Shown piece by piece: positions 37,523 through 47,036 of a DNA stretch of 64,000 bases. The notes beneath the pieces are model-generated. The model saw only the letters and a program-made list of their open reading frames with translations. It did not search any database and was not told the origin of the DNA. The DNA is from an uncultured Clostridium sp. GTDB lineage: Bacteria > Bacillota > Clostridia > TANB77 > CAG-508. The number at the start of each line of letters is the position of its first letter. The stretch's first letter is position 1. The stretch spans positions 666 through 64,665 of the forward strand of contig CAYJKK010000005.1 of the NCBI GenBank assembly GCA_964370905.1, given 5' to 3'. The translations under genes and the position numbers were made by a program.

Positions 37523-39520
37523 TTATTCAAAAGTAACTGATGTAGCTGAGTTTAGATTTAATTGTTTAGTTCCTTTTAAAACATCATCTACATATAACTT
37601 AATTGTTACATTACCTTTTCCACTAAATGTTGCAGAAATATTAGTAGTATCTTTATCATTCTTTTGGTTATATATAGTTTCTTCACCAGCAACTATTCTA
37701 ACTTGTACTTGTTCTACTGTAGTTTGATTGCTACTTCCAGATTCAGTATTTTCTTCTTCAGTACTACTTTCTGGAGCTGTATAATTTAATACTGATTTTA
37801 AATTAACTTTAACTGTTCCTTCTATCAATTCTTGAATTTTGTTTACTGTTATAACAATTGTTGTTCCTTCTTCAGCAATTTGACCTACATCAATACTTTG
37901 TTTTAATATTTCTCCATTATTTTTATCATTATTTTCTTCATATACAACTTCTACTCTTAAAAGTGCATCTTCTAATGTTGTTCTTCCTTCTTCCTCAGTT
38001 TTTCCAACTACACTAGGTACTGGTATTTCTTTAAGACCTGTTCCTATACTAACTTGTAATTTTACTGTTTCTCCTGCAAATATTTCTTCATTTTCTTTTA
38101 TACTTTGACTTATTACTACATTTTTTTCAACTGTTTCACTAACAATTTCTTCTATTTCTACTAAAAGATTTGCTTCTTCTAACAATCTTGTAGCTTCTTC
38201 TTTTTGTTCACCTATAACTTTTGGAACTACTGTTTTTTCTTGACCTTTGCTTATTAATATTTTAACAACTGACTCTTCTTTTATATTAAAGTTTTCTCTA
38301 AATATTGGATCTTGTGAAATAACTTTTCCTTCTTCAACATCTTTATTATATACTTCTTCTAAAAATTCAATTTCTAGATTTAGTTCTTCTGCTTTTGCTT
38401 CGACTTCTGCTTTTGTCATTCCTGCAAAATTTGGTAATTGTAACTCTTCTGGGTTATTTGCCCCAAGTAGTCCTATTGTTGCTCCTAAACTTATACCAAA
38501 TAATATTATTAAACCTAAAAAAGTTGATAATATTTTATGTTTTTTTATAAACCCTATAAATTTATTTCCACTTTTATTTTCTCTTTTGTTTCTATCTCTC
38601 ATTTTATATTCTTCCTCATCTTCATCTAAATTTCCAATAACTTGAGTTCTTGCTGTTGGATCATAACTCATTTCCCCCACAATTGTTTCATTTGGATTTT
38701 TTAAAACTCTTTTTAAGTCACTTAATATTTCTGCAGCTGACTGATATCTTAGATTAACATCTTTTTGTAATGCTTTTAATATTAATTTATTTATTGGTTC
38801 TGATATTGCTGGATTTACTTCTATTGGAGGTACCGGTTCTTCTTGCATATGTTTTAAAGCAACTGATACAGGAGTATCTGCATCAAATGGTACTTTTCCT
38901 GTTAACATTTCATACATTACAACACCAAGTGAATATATATCTGATTTTGCATCTGTATAACCTCCACGTGCATGTTCTGGTGAGAAATAGTGTACTGATC
39001 CAATTGTTGTTCCAAATGCTGTAATTGTTGAATTTGAAACTGCTTTAGCGATACCAAAATCTGTTACTTTAGCTATTCCATCTTCAGTTATTATTATATT
39101 ATGTGGTTTTATATCTCTATGAACTATATTATTTTTATGTGCCATTTCTAATGCTGATGCAATTTGTATTGCAACATTAATTGACCATTTCCATGGAAGT
39201 GGTCCTCTTTCTTGAATTATTAACTCTTTTAATGTATTTCCTTTTACAAGTTCCATAACAATATAGTGTAAATTATCATCTACACCAACATCAAATATTG
39301 AAACTATATTATGATGTGATAATTTGGCTGCTGATTGTGCTTCACATTCAAATCGCTTTACAAATTCTTCATCTGTTATATATTCATCTCTTAATATTTT
39401 AACAGCTACATATCTTTTTAAAACTTTATCCATAGCTCTATATACTGTAGCCATTCCACCATTACCAATTTTTTCTAGGATTTCATATCTACTTCCTATT
39501 ACTCTTCCTTCTATACTCAT
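37523..39520 (-). CDS. prkC: Ser/Thr protein kinase with PASTA repeats (PrkC/PknB type)
   Basis: 665 aa with GNGGMATVY, HRDIKPHN, DFGIA, a central TM segment, and three PASTA-like units (VPNFAGMTKAE.., VPKVIGEQKEE.., VPSVVGKTEEE..). Confidence 0.93.
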   Translation of the reverse strand: MSIEGRVIGSRYEILEKIGNGGMATVYRAMDKVLKRYVAVKILRDEYITDEEFVKRFECEAQSAAKLSHHNIVSIFDVGVDDNLHYIVMELVKGNTLKELIIQERGPLPWKWSINVAIQIASALEMAHKNNIVHRDIKPHNIIITEDGIAKVTDFGIAKAVSNSTITAFGTTIGSVHYFSPEHARGGYTDAKSDIYSLGVVMYEMLTGKVPFDADTPVSVALKHMQEEPVPPIEVNPAISEPINKLILKALQKDVNLRYQSAAEILSDLKRVLKNPNETIVGEMSYDPTARTQVIGNLDEDEEEYKMRDRNKRENKSGNKFIGFIKKHKILSTFLGLIILFGISLGATIGLLGANNPEELQLPNFAGMTKAEVEAKAEELNLEIEFLEEVYNKDVEEGKVISQDPIFRENFNIKEESVVKILISKGQEKTVVPKVIGEQKEEATRLLEEANLLVEIEEIVSETVEKNVVISQSIKENEEIFAGETVKLQVSIGTGLKEIPVPSVVGKTEEEGRTTLEDALLRVEVVYEENNDKNNGEILKQSIDVGQIAEEGTTIVITVNKIQELIEGTVKVNLKSVLNYTAPESSTEEENTESGSSNQTTVEQVQVRIVAGEETIYNQKNDKDTTNISATFSGKGNVTIKLYVDDVLKGTKQLNLNSATSVTFE

Positions 39521-39541
39521 ATATACCTCTCCTCATAAGTA

Positions 39542-40276
39542 TTATATATTTTTAATTACTATTATTGTTATATTATCATATCCACCATTATTATTGGCTT
39601 CATCTACTAAATCTTTTGTTGCTTGCTCAATATTTTTTTTAGCACTTTGACTTATTTGATTTGCTAAAACATAATTTGTAAGACCATCTGTTGCCATTAC
39701 AATTATATCATCTTTTATAAATCCTTTTACCATTACATCTGGCTCTACATAAGCATTACAACCCAATGCCTTCATTAACATATTTTTTTGTGGATGATTA
39801 TCCGCTTCTTCTAAAGTTATTGTTCCATCTTTTACTAATTTTTGTACATAACTATGATCTTGCGTTAATTTTCTCATAAAATCTTTTCTTATTCTATATA
39901 TTCTGCTATCTCCAATATGACCTATATATGCCTTATTATTATATATTAAGCAAACATCAAAAGTAGTCCCCATTCCTTCTAATTCTTTTTCTTCTTTTGA
40001 TTTTTCATATACAATCATATTTGCATATTCCATACTACTTGCAACTAGTTGAATAATACTATCTTTATCTTTTTCTATTTCGCTAAAATTTGTTTCTATA
40101 TAACTCTTGGCTGCTTGTATAGCAAGTGAGCTTGCTATTTCACCACCATTACATCCTCCCATACCGTCAGCTATTATATATAGCTGTATTCTATCTAGAG
40201 AATCCGAAATATAGTAAGAGTCTTGATTTACTTCTCTCATCTTCCCTATATCTGTTTTTGCATAGGCTTTTATCAT
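39542..40276 (-). CDS. stp: PP2C-family Ser/Thr phosphatase (Stp/PrpC)
   Basis: 244 aa with TDIGKMREVNQDS, ADGMGG and ATDGLTN. Confidence 0.93.
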   Translation of the reverse strand: MIKAYAKTDIGKMREVNQDSYYISDSLDRIQLYIIADGMGGCNGGEIASSLAIQAAKSYIETNFSEIEKDKDSIIQLVASSMEYANMIVYEKSKEEKELEGMGTTFDVCLIYNNKAYIGHIGDSRIYRIRKDFMRKLTQDHSYVQKLVKDGTITLEEADNHPQKNMLMKALGCNAYVEPDVMVKGFIKDDIIVMATDGLTNYVLANQISQSAKKNIEQATKDLVDEANNNGGYDNITIIVIKNI

Positions 40277-40361
40277 CGTTTCACCTCATTTATTTAGTTT
40301 AAATTTATGGTTATTACCTTCAATTTATATCATAGTTTCAAATATTTTGCAATTATTTTGT

Positions 40362-40400
40362 AAAAAAACTACCAACTTAATCAAATTGGTAGTTAGTTTT
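40362..40400. terminator. Terminator hairpin after the 40403-41526 gene (bidirectional shape)
   Basis: ACTACCAA-cttaatcaaa-TTGGTAGT, flanked by A7 and T8. Confidence 0.6.
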
Positions 40401-40402
40401 TT

Positions 40403-41526
40403 TTAGTTTTTTTCTAAATATTTAGCAACTTTTAGTTCTATTTCATTTACTATTTTGTATATATTAAAATCTTTTAGCTCTTCTTTTGTAACTTTAAATT
40501 TAAAGCTATATTTTGGTATACCTCTATGATATTTTGCATCTCTTTTTTCTTTTTCTATAAAGTTTGTCATTTCTCTCCAATTAGATTTAGCAACATATTT
40601 AAAATAGTTTTGATATAACTTAAATCTACTTGTATTTACCTCAGCATCAAGCATTGATAGCTCATATAAATTTTCAGATTCTTCATTTTTCAGAAAGTTT
40701 ATTGTATATAGCTTTGAGTTAGTATATACCCAAGTTTTTGAAATCATATCAATACTAAGTACATTTTCAATTTCTGTAATTTTCACAATATGTTTTACAA
40801 CTTCACCAAACCTATATTCGAGCTCTAATTCTGGATTTGTTATCCTGATTTTAGGAATGATTTCCTTTTGCTCTGATAAGTCGTACATTTCTAATAATTT
40901 CTTGTAGACATTTTCATATGAGATACCTATTGCTCCAAAAATAAAGTTTTCAAACTCTAGATTTACAATACTTATTTTCCGTATAATTTCTCGTATTCCC
41001 TCATGATGAATAACTATTTTTAGCAATATTTCGTCTTTTTTTAATACTCCTATTGTTACTCCTTCTTCTAAGAAACTTGTATGCACTCCATATTTAGGTG
41101 ACTTCACTTTGTATTCTTCGACTTCTTTAATTTGCCTACTTATTAAAACATAATCTTTTTCATACTTCTCAGTAATTTCAAAATTATCTTTTTGATAAGA
41201 TATTGATATATCTCCACTTGAGCAGTTTAATGTGAATTTTTTTGAGAATCATCTACTAATTCCAATTTAAAATTAGATACATGTATTACATTTAGTACTG
41301 TTTTTACTGGAAAGACTACATCTTTTTGTTTTAAAAAGTCTACTAAATCATTATACCGAAGTCCACTTCCTTGATAATTAAGTGCTTCTTTTAGTTCCTC
41401 TAAACCTTTTTCTTCTGTAAATATGAATTCACCTTCTTCTCCAAGTTGTCCTATAGTTTTTACAACAGTTTCTTGTTTTTCTTCCTTAGTTCTTTTTCCT
41501 ATTAAAAAACCTTTAAATTCTTTCAT
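40403..41526 (-). pseudogene. Hypothetical gene split by a -1 frameshift in an A7 run (track ORFs 41227-41526 and 40403-41107)
   Basis: The downstream frame is open from 41248 (..FSKKFTLNCSSGDISISYQKDNFEITEKYEKDYVLISRQIKEVEEYKV-KSPKYG..) with no ATG before the GTG at 41107. The upstream ORF ends ..DDSQKNSH*. Adding one A to the A7 run (+ strand T7 at 41237-41243) fuses them into a single ORF of ~370 aa. I recognised no family. Confidence 0.55.
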
Positions 41527-41631
41527 TTGTAATAGCCTCCTTATGACTAAGTTTAGTCTTAATTAGTTGTTTGTATATATAATTTAACAAAGTATATCAT
41601 AATTACTTAAAAAAAACAAATAAGTATTTTC

Positions 41632-41671
41632 ACTATACACTTTTCCAACATTTTACTATACACTTTTCCAA
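41632..41671. repeat. Two tandem 23-bp-spaced copies of ACTATACACTTTTCCAA in the divergent intergenic region
   Basis: ACTATACACTTTTCCAA at 41632-41648 and 41655-41671. The second copy ends ~15 bp upstream of the mutS2 -35. Confidence 0.85.
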
Positions 41672-41685
41672 AACCTTTATATTTA

Positions 41686-41714
41686 TTGACTTTTATAATA
41701 TATCCCTATATAAT
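41686..41714 (+). promoter_or_regulatory. Sigma-A-type promoter of mutS2
   Basis: TTGACT (41686-41691), 17 nt, then TATAAT (41709-41714). The SD CAGGAG lies at ~41732 and the ATG at 41745. Confidence 0.55.
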
Positions 41715-41744
41715 TTATATATATTAAAAATCAGGAGACTAACT

Positions 41745-44105
41745 ATGAATGTTAATTATTTAGAAAAATTAGAATATATAAAAATAAAAGAAAAACTAAG
41801 TACTTTTTGTATTACCAATTATGGTAAAGAACTTTGTGTTTCTCTTTTACCATGTTTTGAAAAGGAAAATGTAAAATTAAAATTACAAGAAACTAATGAG
41901 GCAACAAACTTAATTAGTAGAGCTAAAACACCTTCTTTTTATATTATAGATGATATTAATAAAGATATAAGCTTAATTAAAAACGGTTCATTTTTAACAC
42001 TTAAAAGTTTGTTAAATCTTAATAAACTTCTTAAATGTGCTGAAAACTTAAAATCATATTTTAATGTAGATTACTTAGAAACTAATGAATTCCCAATACT
42101 CTCAAATTTATTTGATTCACTTTATACTAATAAAGGAATAATAGATACAATATCTTCTAGTATAATTGATGAAGAAAATCTAGATGACAATGCTTCAAGC
42201 CAGTTAGCAAGTTTGAGAAGACAAAAAAGAAACTTAGAACAAAGTATTCGTACAAAATTAAATACAATTTTACATACTTCTTCTAAATATATCCAAGAGC
42301 CTATTATTACTATTAGAAATGATAGATTCGTTATACCTGTTAAAGATGAATATAGGGCTAATGTTAAGGGATTTATTCATGATGTTTCTAATGGTGGTTC
42401 TACTGTTTTTATAGAGCCTACTGCAATTTTTGAAATTAATAATGAATTAACAAAAATTAAAAGTTTAGAAGAACTTGAAATAGAAAAAATACTATATACT
42501 TTAACTTCTCTTTTTGAGCCATATATTAATGAACTTTCAGAAAACTATGCCTTAATTGGCAAATTAGACTTTATTTTTGGAAAAGCAAAATATTCTAACT
42601 TTCTAAATGCTACTTCTCCAGTTATTTCTGATAAAAAAGAGATTAATTTAATTAACGCTAAACACCCATTAATTCCTAGTGCTAATGTTGTTCCTATTTC
42701 TCTAAATTTAGGAAATACTTTTTCAACATTACTAATTACAGGTCCTAATACTGGTGGTAAAACTGTAACTCTAAAAACTGTTGGTCTTCTATGTTTAATG
42801 GCATATAGTGGATTAAATATTCCAACTAGCCAAAAGTCTAGTATTTACGTTTTTGATAATGTTTTTGCAGATATAGGAGATGACCAAAGCATTGCTAATT
42901 CACTTAGTACTTTTTCATCACATATGTTAAACATTATTGATATCTTAGAACATATTTCTAAAGATTCTTTAGTACTAGTTGATGAACTTGGTTCAGGTAC
43001 AGATCCTTTAGAAGGAGCTAATCTTGCTATTAGTATTTTAGAGCATATAAAAAGTATTGGAGCACTTACCATTGCTACAACACATTATCAAGAATTAAAA
43101 AAATATGCTTTAGCTAATTCAGATTTTGAAAATGCTTCTGTTGAATTTGATGTTAATACATTATCACCTACATATAGATTATTAATTGGTATCCCAGGAA
43201 AAAGTAATGCTTTTGCTATTAGTAAAAAACTTGGATTAGATGATAATATAATAACTAGAGCTAAATCTCTTTTATCTAATGATGAATTACATTTTGAAGA
43301 GGTTTTAAAAAATATTTATGATGATAAAGTTACTATTCAAAATGAAAAAATAGAAATTGAAAAAGAATTAAATCAAATTTCTAATTTAAGAAAAAAATTA
43401 CAAACTGATTTTACAAGTTTAGAAAGTAAAAAATTAGATATTATAAATAAAGCGAGAACTGAAGCTCGTAATATACTTTTAGATGCTAAAAATGAAGCTT
43501 CTGATATAATAAAAGAATTAAATACTGTATCTGATAAAAGTGCAGGTGAAAGATTAAGAAACAGGTTAAATGATAATATAAAAGATCTTTCTACTCAATC
43601 AACAACTAATACCGAATCAAGTTCTCAAAATGTCCAAGAAGATGATTTAACAATAAATACAGAAGTATATATAACTACTTTAAATAAAAATGGAATAATT
43701 ATTTCAAAAGTTTCAAGAAATAAAGAAGTTCAAGTTCAAATTGGAATCATGAAGATGAATATACCTATTAAGAATTTACAGTTACTAAATGCAAATAATA
43801 ATAATAATAACAAGAAAACTATTTTAACATCTAATAAAAAACACTCATTTGAAGCTAAGTCTATTTCTAATGAGTTAAATGTTATAGGATATAATTCTGA
43901 AGATGCTAATTATGCCGTTAATAAATTTATTGATACAAGTATTTTATCTCATTTAGGTACAGTTAGAATTGTTCATGGTAAAGGTACTGGTATTCTTAAA
44001 AACAGTATTCATTCTTTACTAAAAACTCATCCTAATGTTAAATCATATAGGCTTGGCCTATATGGTGAAGGAGAATCTGGTGTTACTGTTGTAGAACTAA
44101 AATAG
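41745..44105 (+). CDS. mutS2: Endonuclease MutS2 (MutS-family ATPase with a C-terminal Smr domain)
   Basis: 786 aa with Walker A TGPNTGGKT, DELGSGTDP, and the C-terminal Smr segment LNVIGYNSEDA...VRIVHGKGTGILK. It has a poly-Asn run (NANNNNNNK) before Smr. Confidence 0.95.
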   Translation: MNVNYLEKLEYIKIKEKLSTFCITNYGKELCVSLLPCFEKENVKLKLQETNEATNLISRAKTPSFYIIDDINKDISLIKNGSFLTLKSLLNLNKLLKCAENLKSYFNVDYLETNEFPILSNLFDSLYTNKGIIDTISSSIIDEENLDDNASSQLASLRRQKRNLEQSIRTKLNTILHTSSKYIQEPIITIRNDRFVIPVKDEYRANVKGFIHDVSNGGSTVFIEPTAIFEINNELTKIKSLEELEIEKILYTLTSLFEPYINELSENYALIGKLDFIFGKAKYSNFLNATSPVISDKKEINLINAKHPLIPSANVVPISLNLGNTFSTLLITGPNTGGKTVTLKTVGLLCLMAYSGLNIPTSQKSSIYVFDNVFADIGDDQSIANSLSTFSSHMLNIIDILEHISKDSLVLVDELGSGTDPLEGANLAISILEHIKSIGALTIATTHYQELKKYALANSDFENASVEFDVNTLSPTYRLLIGIPGKSNAFAISKKLGLDDNIITRAKSLLSNDELHFEEVLKNIYDDKVTIQNEKIEIEKELNQISNLRKKLQTDFTSLESKKLDIINKARTEARNILLDAKNEASDIIKELNTVSDKSAGERLRNRLNDNIKDLSTQSTTNTESSSQNVQEDDLTINTEVYITTLNKNGIIISKVSRNKEVQVQIGIMKMNIPIKNLQLLNANNNNNNKKTILTSNKKHSFEAKSISNELNVIGYNSEDANYAVNKFIDTSILSHLGTVRIVHGKGTGILKNSIHSLLKTHPNVKSYRLGLYGEGESGVTVVELK

Positions 44106-44140
44106 ATTAAATCATTATCAAATATTCTTATACAAATATA

Positions 44141-44185
44141 AAAAACTGTATAAAATTGTAAAATAAACAACTTTATACAGTTTTT
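44141..44185. terminator. Bidirectional terminator between mutS2 and the convergent pilin-like gene
   Basis: AACTGTATAAA-17 nt-TTTATACAGTT, an 11-bp perfect stem flanked by A and T runs. Confidence 0.7.
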
Positions 44186-44221
44186 ATGATTTTTTCATAT
44201 GCATTATTTTAGTTTTCAATT

Positions 44222-45553
44222 CTATAGATATAGTAATGGACGAAAAGATATAAGTGGATAGCTCTCAAAAGACAATGTACTCTCTGCACGTTGTCTTCCA
44301 CTAGAAGGAATATACCATACACCCACACTACTCCCTCTGAACACGCATGGAGAATAATTAGATTTGTTTGTTTCTGTAGTCCATTCTGATACATTTGACG
44401 CCATATTATATATATTCAATCGTACATCAACTTCATCATACTTATGCATTTCCATTGAATAATCTATATCTCCGCTAAATGTTTGTATATATACAAGTGC
44501 TGTATCCCATGATAATGAGTTCATAAGGTCACTTGTGTATTTACTGCTTGTATACATTTCTTTAGCTGCTATTGCCGCATCATATTGCTGTACACCAGAC
44601 CATTCTTCTTGATTTGCTTTACTTTCTACTTTACCATTAATCCCTTGAGATGCTTCATATCTTGCAATATAGTATCCTCCAGAAGCTTCTGTTTTCAATA
44701 TAAATTCATTTAAATCTTTTGCTACTGTAGTTCCATAAGATGATATTTGTTCTTCTAAATATTCAGTTTCCTCATTTTCATAACTTACTTCACTATAACT
44801 ATTTATATCTTCTGTTAATCCTTTTTTTGTTGCTGTACCATCTTCTGCAAATTCATATCTTGATAACTCTATTGTTTTTGTTCCCCCAGAGTTATCTGTT
44901 TTAATTGTTCCAACCGGTACCCATACAAATTGATTTCCTATATTATCTTCTGCGACTATTCCTTCTGTTACATTTTTGCCAGAATCAGTTGATACTATAA
45001 ATCCAGCTGGAATTGTTACTGCATTTCCAAATTCATCTTCCACTACTGTGTTTTCTGTTTCTGATAATACTGTTTCAGCATCTTCTATAGAGGGTGTTCC
45101 TGTTGTTTCATTATCTCCAGTAGACGTTTTATCACCTGTTACTATTCCAGTTTTTGCTATTGTAAACTCATATCCATCTACTATTGTTTTTATTGGATAT
45201 TTACCATTTATATCCGTTGTATCTTTTTCTATTTTATTATCTTCACTATCTTTTAGACTTGTCATCCCTTGTGTTTCATATCTATACAATTCGTCTACTA
45301 TTAGTTCATCACTCAACTTACCTGTAATGTCATAACTTCCTAATACTGCTATTTTAACTTTTTCTTCCGCTGTTGCATACTTTGTTGCTTCTGACGCCTC
45401 ATTTGCTCTTGTTAATATTCCATTTTCACCTAATAACATTCCAATTGATATTGCTGCTAGAATTAATAACACAATTATTGTTATTACTAGACTTATTAAT
45501 GTTATTCCTTTGTTTTGTTGTAACTTGTTAATTTTTAATTTTTTATTTTTCAT
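44222..45553 (-). CDS. Protein with a prepilin-like N-terminal helix and a C-terminal FGE-sulfatase (SUMF1)-like domain
   Basis: 443 aa. The N-terminus is NKGITLISLVITIIVLLILAAISI (cf. the type IV pilin class G-F/I-T-L-I-E leader, but without the Glu). The C-terminus is YNMASNVSEWTTE...VFRGSS (cf. the GNVWEW...RGGS motifs of the FGE-sulfatase domain). Confidence 0.6.
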   Translation of the reverse strand: MKNKKLKINKLQQNKGITLISLVITIIVLLILAAISIGMLLGENGILTRANEASEATKYATAEEKVKIAVLGSYDITGKLSDELIVDELYRYETQGMTSLKDSEDNKIEKDTTDINGKYPIKTIVDGYEFTIAKTGIVTGDKTSTGDNETTGTPSIEDAETVLSETENTVVEDEFGNAVTIPAGFIVSTDSGKNVTEGIVAEDNIGNQFVWVPVGTIKTDNSGGTKTIELSRYEFAEDGTATKKGLTEDINSYSEVSYENEETEYLEEQISSYGTTVAKDLNEFILKTEASGGYYIARYEASQGINGKVESKANQEEWSGVQQYDAAIAAKEMYTSSKYTSDLMNSLSWDTALVYIQTFSGDIDYSMEMHKYDEVDVRLNIYNMASNVSEWTTETNKSNYSPCVFRGSSVGVWYIPSSGRQRAESTLSFESYPLISFRPLLYL

Positions 45554-45652
45554 CTTTCTTCCTTTCTTTTGTTTATTGTTTTTGCTCCTTTTGTACTATA
45601 TTTTTAAATTCTTCTTTGTACCCTAGAATAAGTATATTTTATCTCTAATCTT

Positions 45653-46231
45653 TTATTTTGTCAATTTTTTATACAATAAATTTATAAATTCTATTATTAA
45701 TTCATCATATACTTCTTTACTTTCATTAAAATATATTACGTCATTTCTTAACTTAGGTAATAAATTAAGTATACTATCCATTTCAAAGTTAGAGTCTAGA
45801 CACTCTTCCCATCTGTTTAAGCCAATCCATGCTAATTTATCTGCATCTCTTAGAATTTCACCTTCTATAGTCTCTGGTTTCATATTCCACTTATGATGAA
45901 CAATTGCTTTATAACAACTTTCTATAAATTCTTCATCATAATTATCTTTAATCATTTCTTTTTTTAACATTTCTGCACTAAGTTTTTCATGACCTTCTGC
46001 TTCAATACTTCTTCCCACATCATGCCACCATACACTTATATAACATACCTCTTTATTATATGCATACTTATTTCCCATTTTTTCTAGTATTCTATCTAAT
46101 AAATTTAGTACATCATATATATGGTTTAAACTATGTTCAGGATCTTTAAATCCCCCCATTATATCTTTAGCTCTATTTATTAATTTTTCATATTTTTGCA
46201 TATTAATTTCCTTTTTTATTTTTTTATACAA
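45653..46231 (-). CDS. HD-domain phosphohydrolase
   Basis: 192 aa with HSLNH, WWHDVGR, HHKW and DADKLA. It overlaps the upstream gene by 8 nt; an alternative start is M11. Confidence 0.7.
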   Translation of the reverse strand: MYKKIKKEINMQKYEKLINRAKDIMGGFKDPEHSLNHIYDVLNLLDRILEKMGNKYAYNKEVCYISVWWHDVGRSIEAEGHEKLSAEMLKKEMIKDNYDEEFIESCYKAIVHHKWNMKPETIEGEILRDADKLAWIGLNRWEECLDSNFEMDSILNLLPKLRNDVIYFNESKEVYDELIIEFINLLYKKLTK

Positions 46232-47036
46232 ATTTTTCGATTACTAAAACACTTCTTCCGCTTCTAGTAGTTCCTGATTCTTCCTTAATATTAAATCTAC
46301 CTTTACCTCTAATTGTAATACTATCTCCAATTTTAATATTTTTAGATTGTTTTGTCACACATTCACCATTTAAAAATACTCTTTCTGCTGATATTATTTC
46401 TACTGCTTTACTTCTAGAAGTTTTAGCTAAATCTGAAACTATATTATCTAATCTAAGTGATGGAACAATTATATTAATTGTTTCTACATTTATTTCAACT
46501 TTTGTTATTTCATCTATTTCATTTATTTCTATTTCTGCATTTTCAAATCTATTTAATGTTTTTAATTCTTGTTTTAATATTTCTGAAAAATCTTTAAATG
46601 TTACAATGTCTGCTCCATCAGAACTTACTAATATATCTCCTACTTTTTCTCTTTTTAATCCTAATTTTACAATTCCTTCTAAGTAGTTTCTATGTGTAAA
46701 CTTACCTTTGTCATAGTCATTTAATTCTATTCTAATTATATTAAATATATTTTTATAGTTTTTTTCTATCATATTTTTATTATATTTTTCTGGATAAATT
46801 ATTAATATTTTTCTTTCTGCATTTTCAAATCCACCATATATTATATGAGTATTATGTTTTATCTTTTTTAAAAAGCTCTCTACTAATGATATTTGATACA
46901 TATCTAAAAAATCTGTATATTCTATCTTTTGTCTTATTTCTGAAAACTCTATTTTATCTAAAACTTGTGATAAACATAATTTATCTTCTTGCTTTTTATA
47001 TTCTTTTAATAATTCTGTTTTATTCATCATTTTCAC
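46224..47036 (-). CDS. ylmH: YlmH-family RNA-binding protein (C-terminal S4 domain)
   Basis: 270 aa. The S4 motif RLDNIVSDLAKTSRSKAVEIISAERVFLNGECV is at the C-terminus, as in YlmH. It overlaps the dxs end by 17 nt. Confidence 0.65.
   Translation of the reverse strand: MKMMNKTELLKEYKKQEDKLCLSQVLDKIEFSEIRQKIEYTDFLDMYQISLVESFLKKIKHNTHIIYGGFENAERKILIIYPEKYNKNMIEKNYKNIFNIIRIELNDYDKGKFTHRNYLEGIVKLGLKREKVGDILVSSDGADIVTFKDFSEILKQELKTLNRFENAEIEINEIDEITKVEINVETINIIVPSLRLDNIVSDLAKTSRSKAVEIISAERVFLNGECVTKQSKNIKIGDSITIRGKGRFNIKEESGTTRSGRSVLVIEKFV

Noticed and set aside
44209-44394. 61-aa - strand ORF overlapping the 3' end of the pilin-like gene
   Set aside because: It is an alternative frame within the longer, better-supported 443-aa ORF, with no independent RBS.
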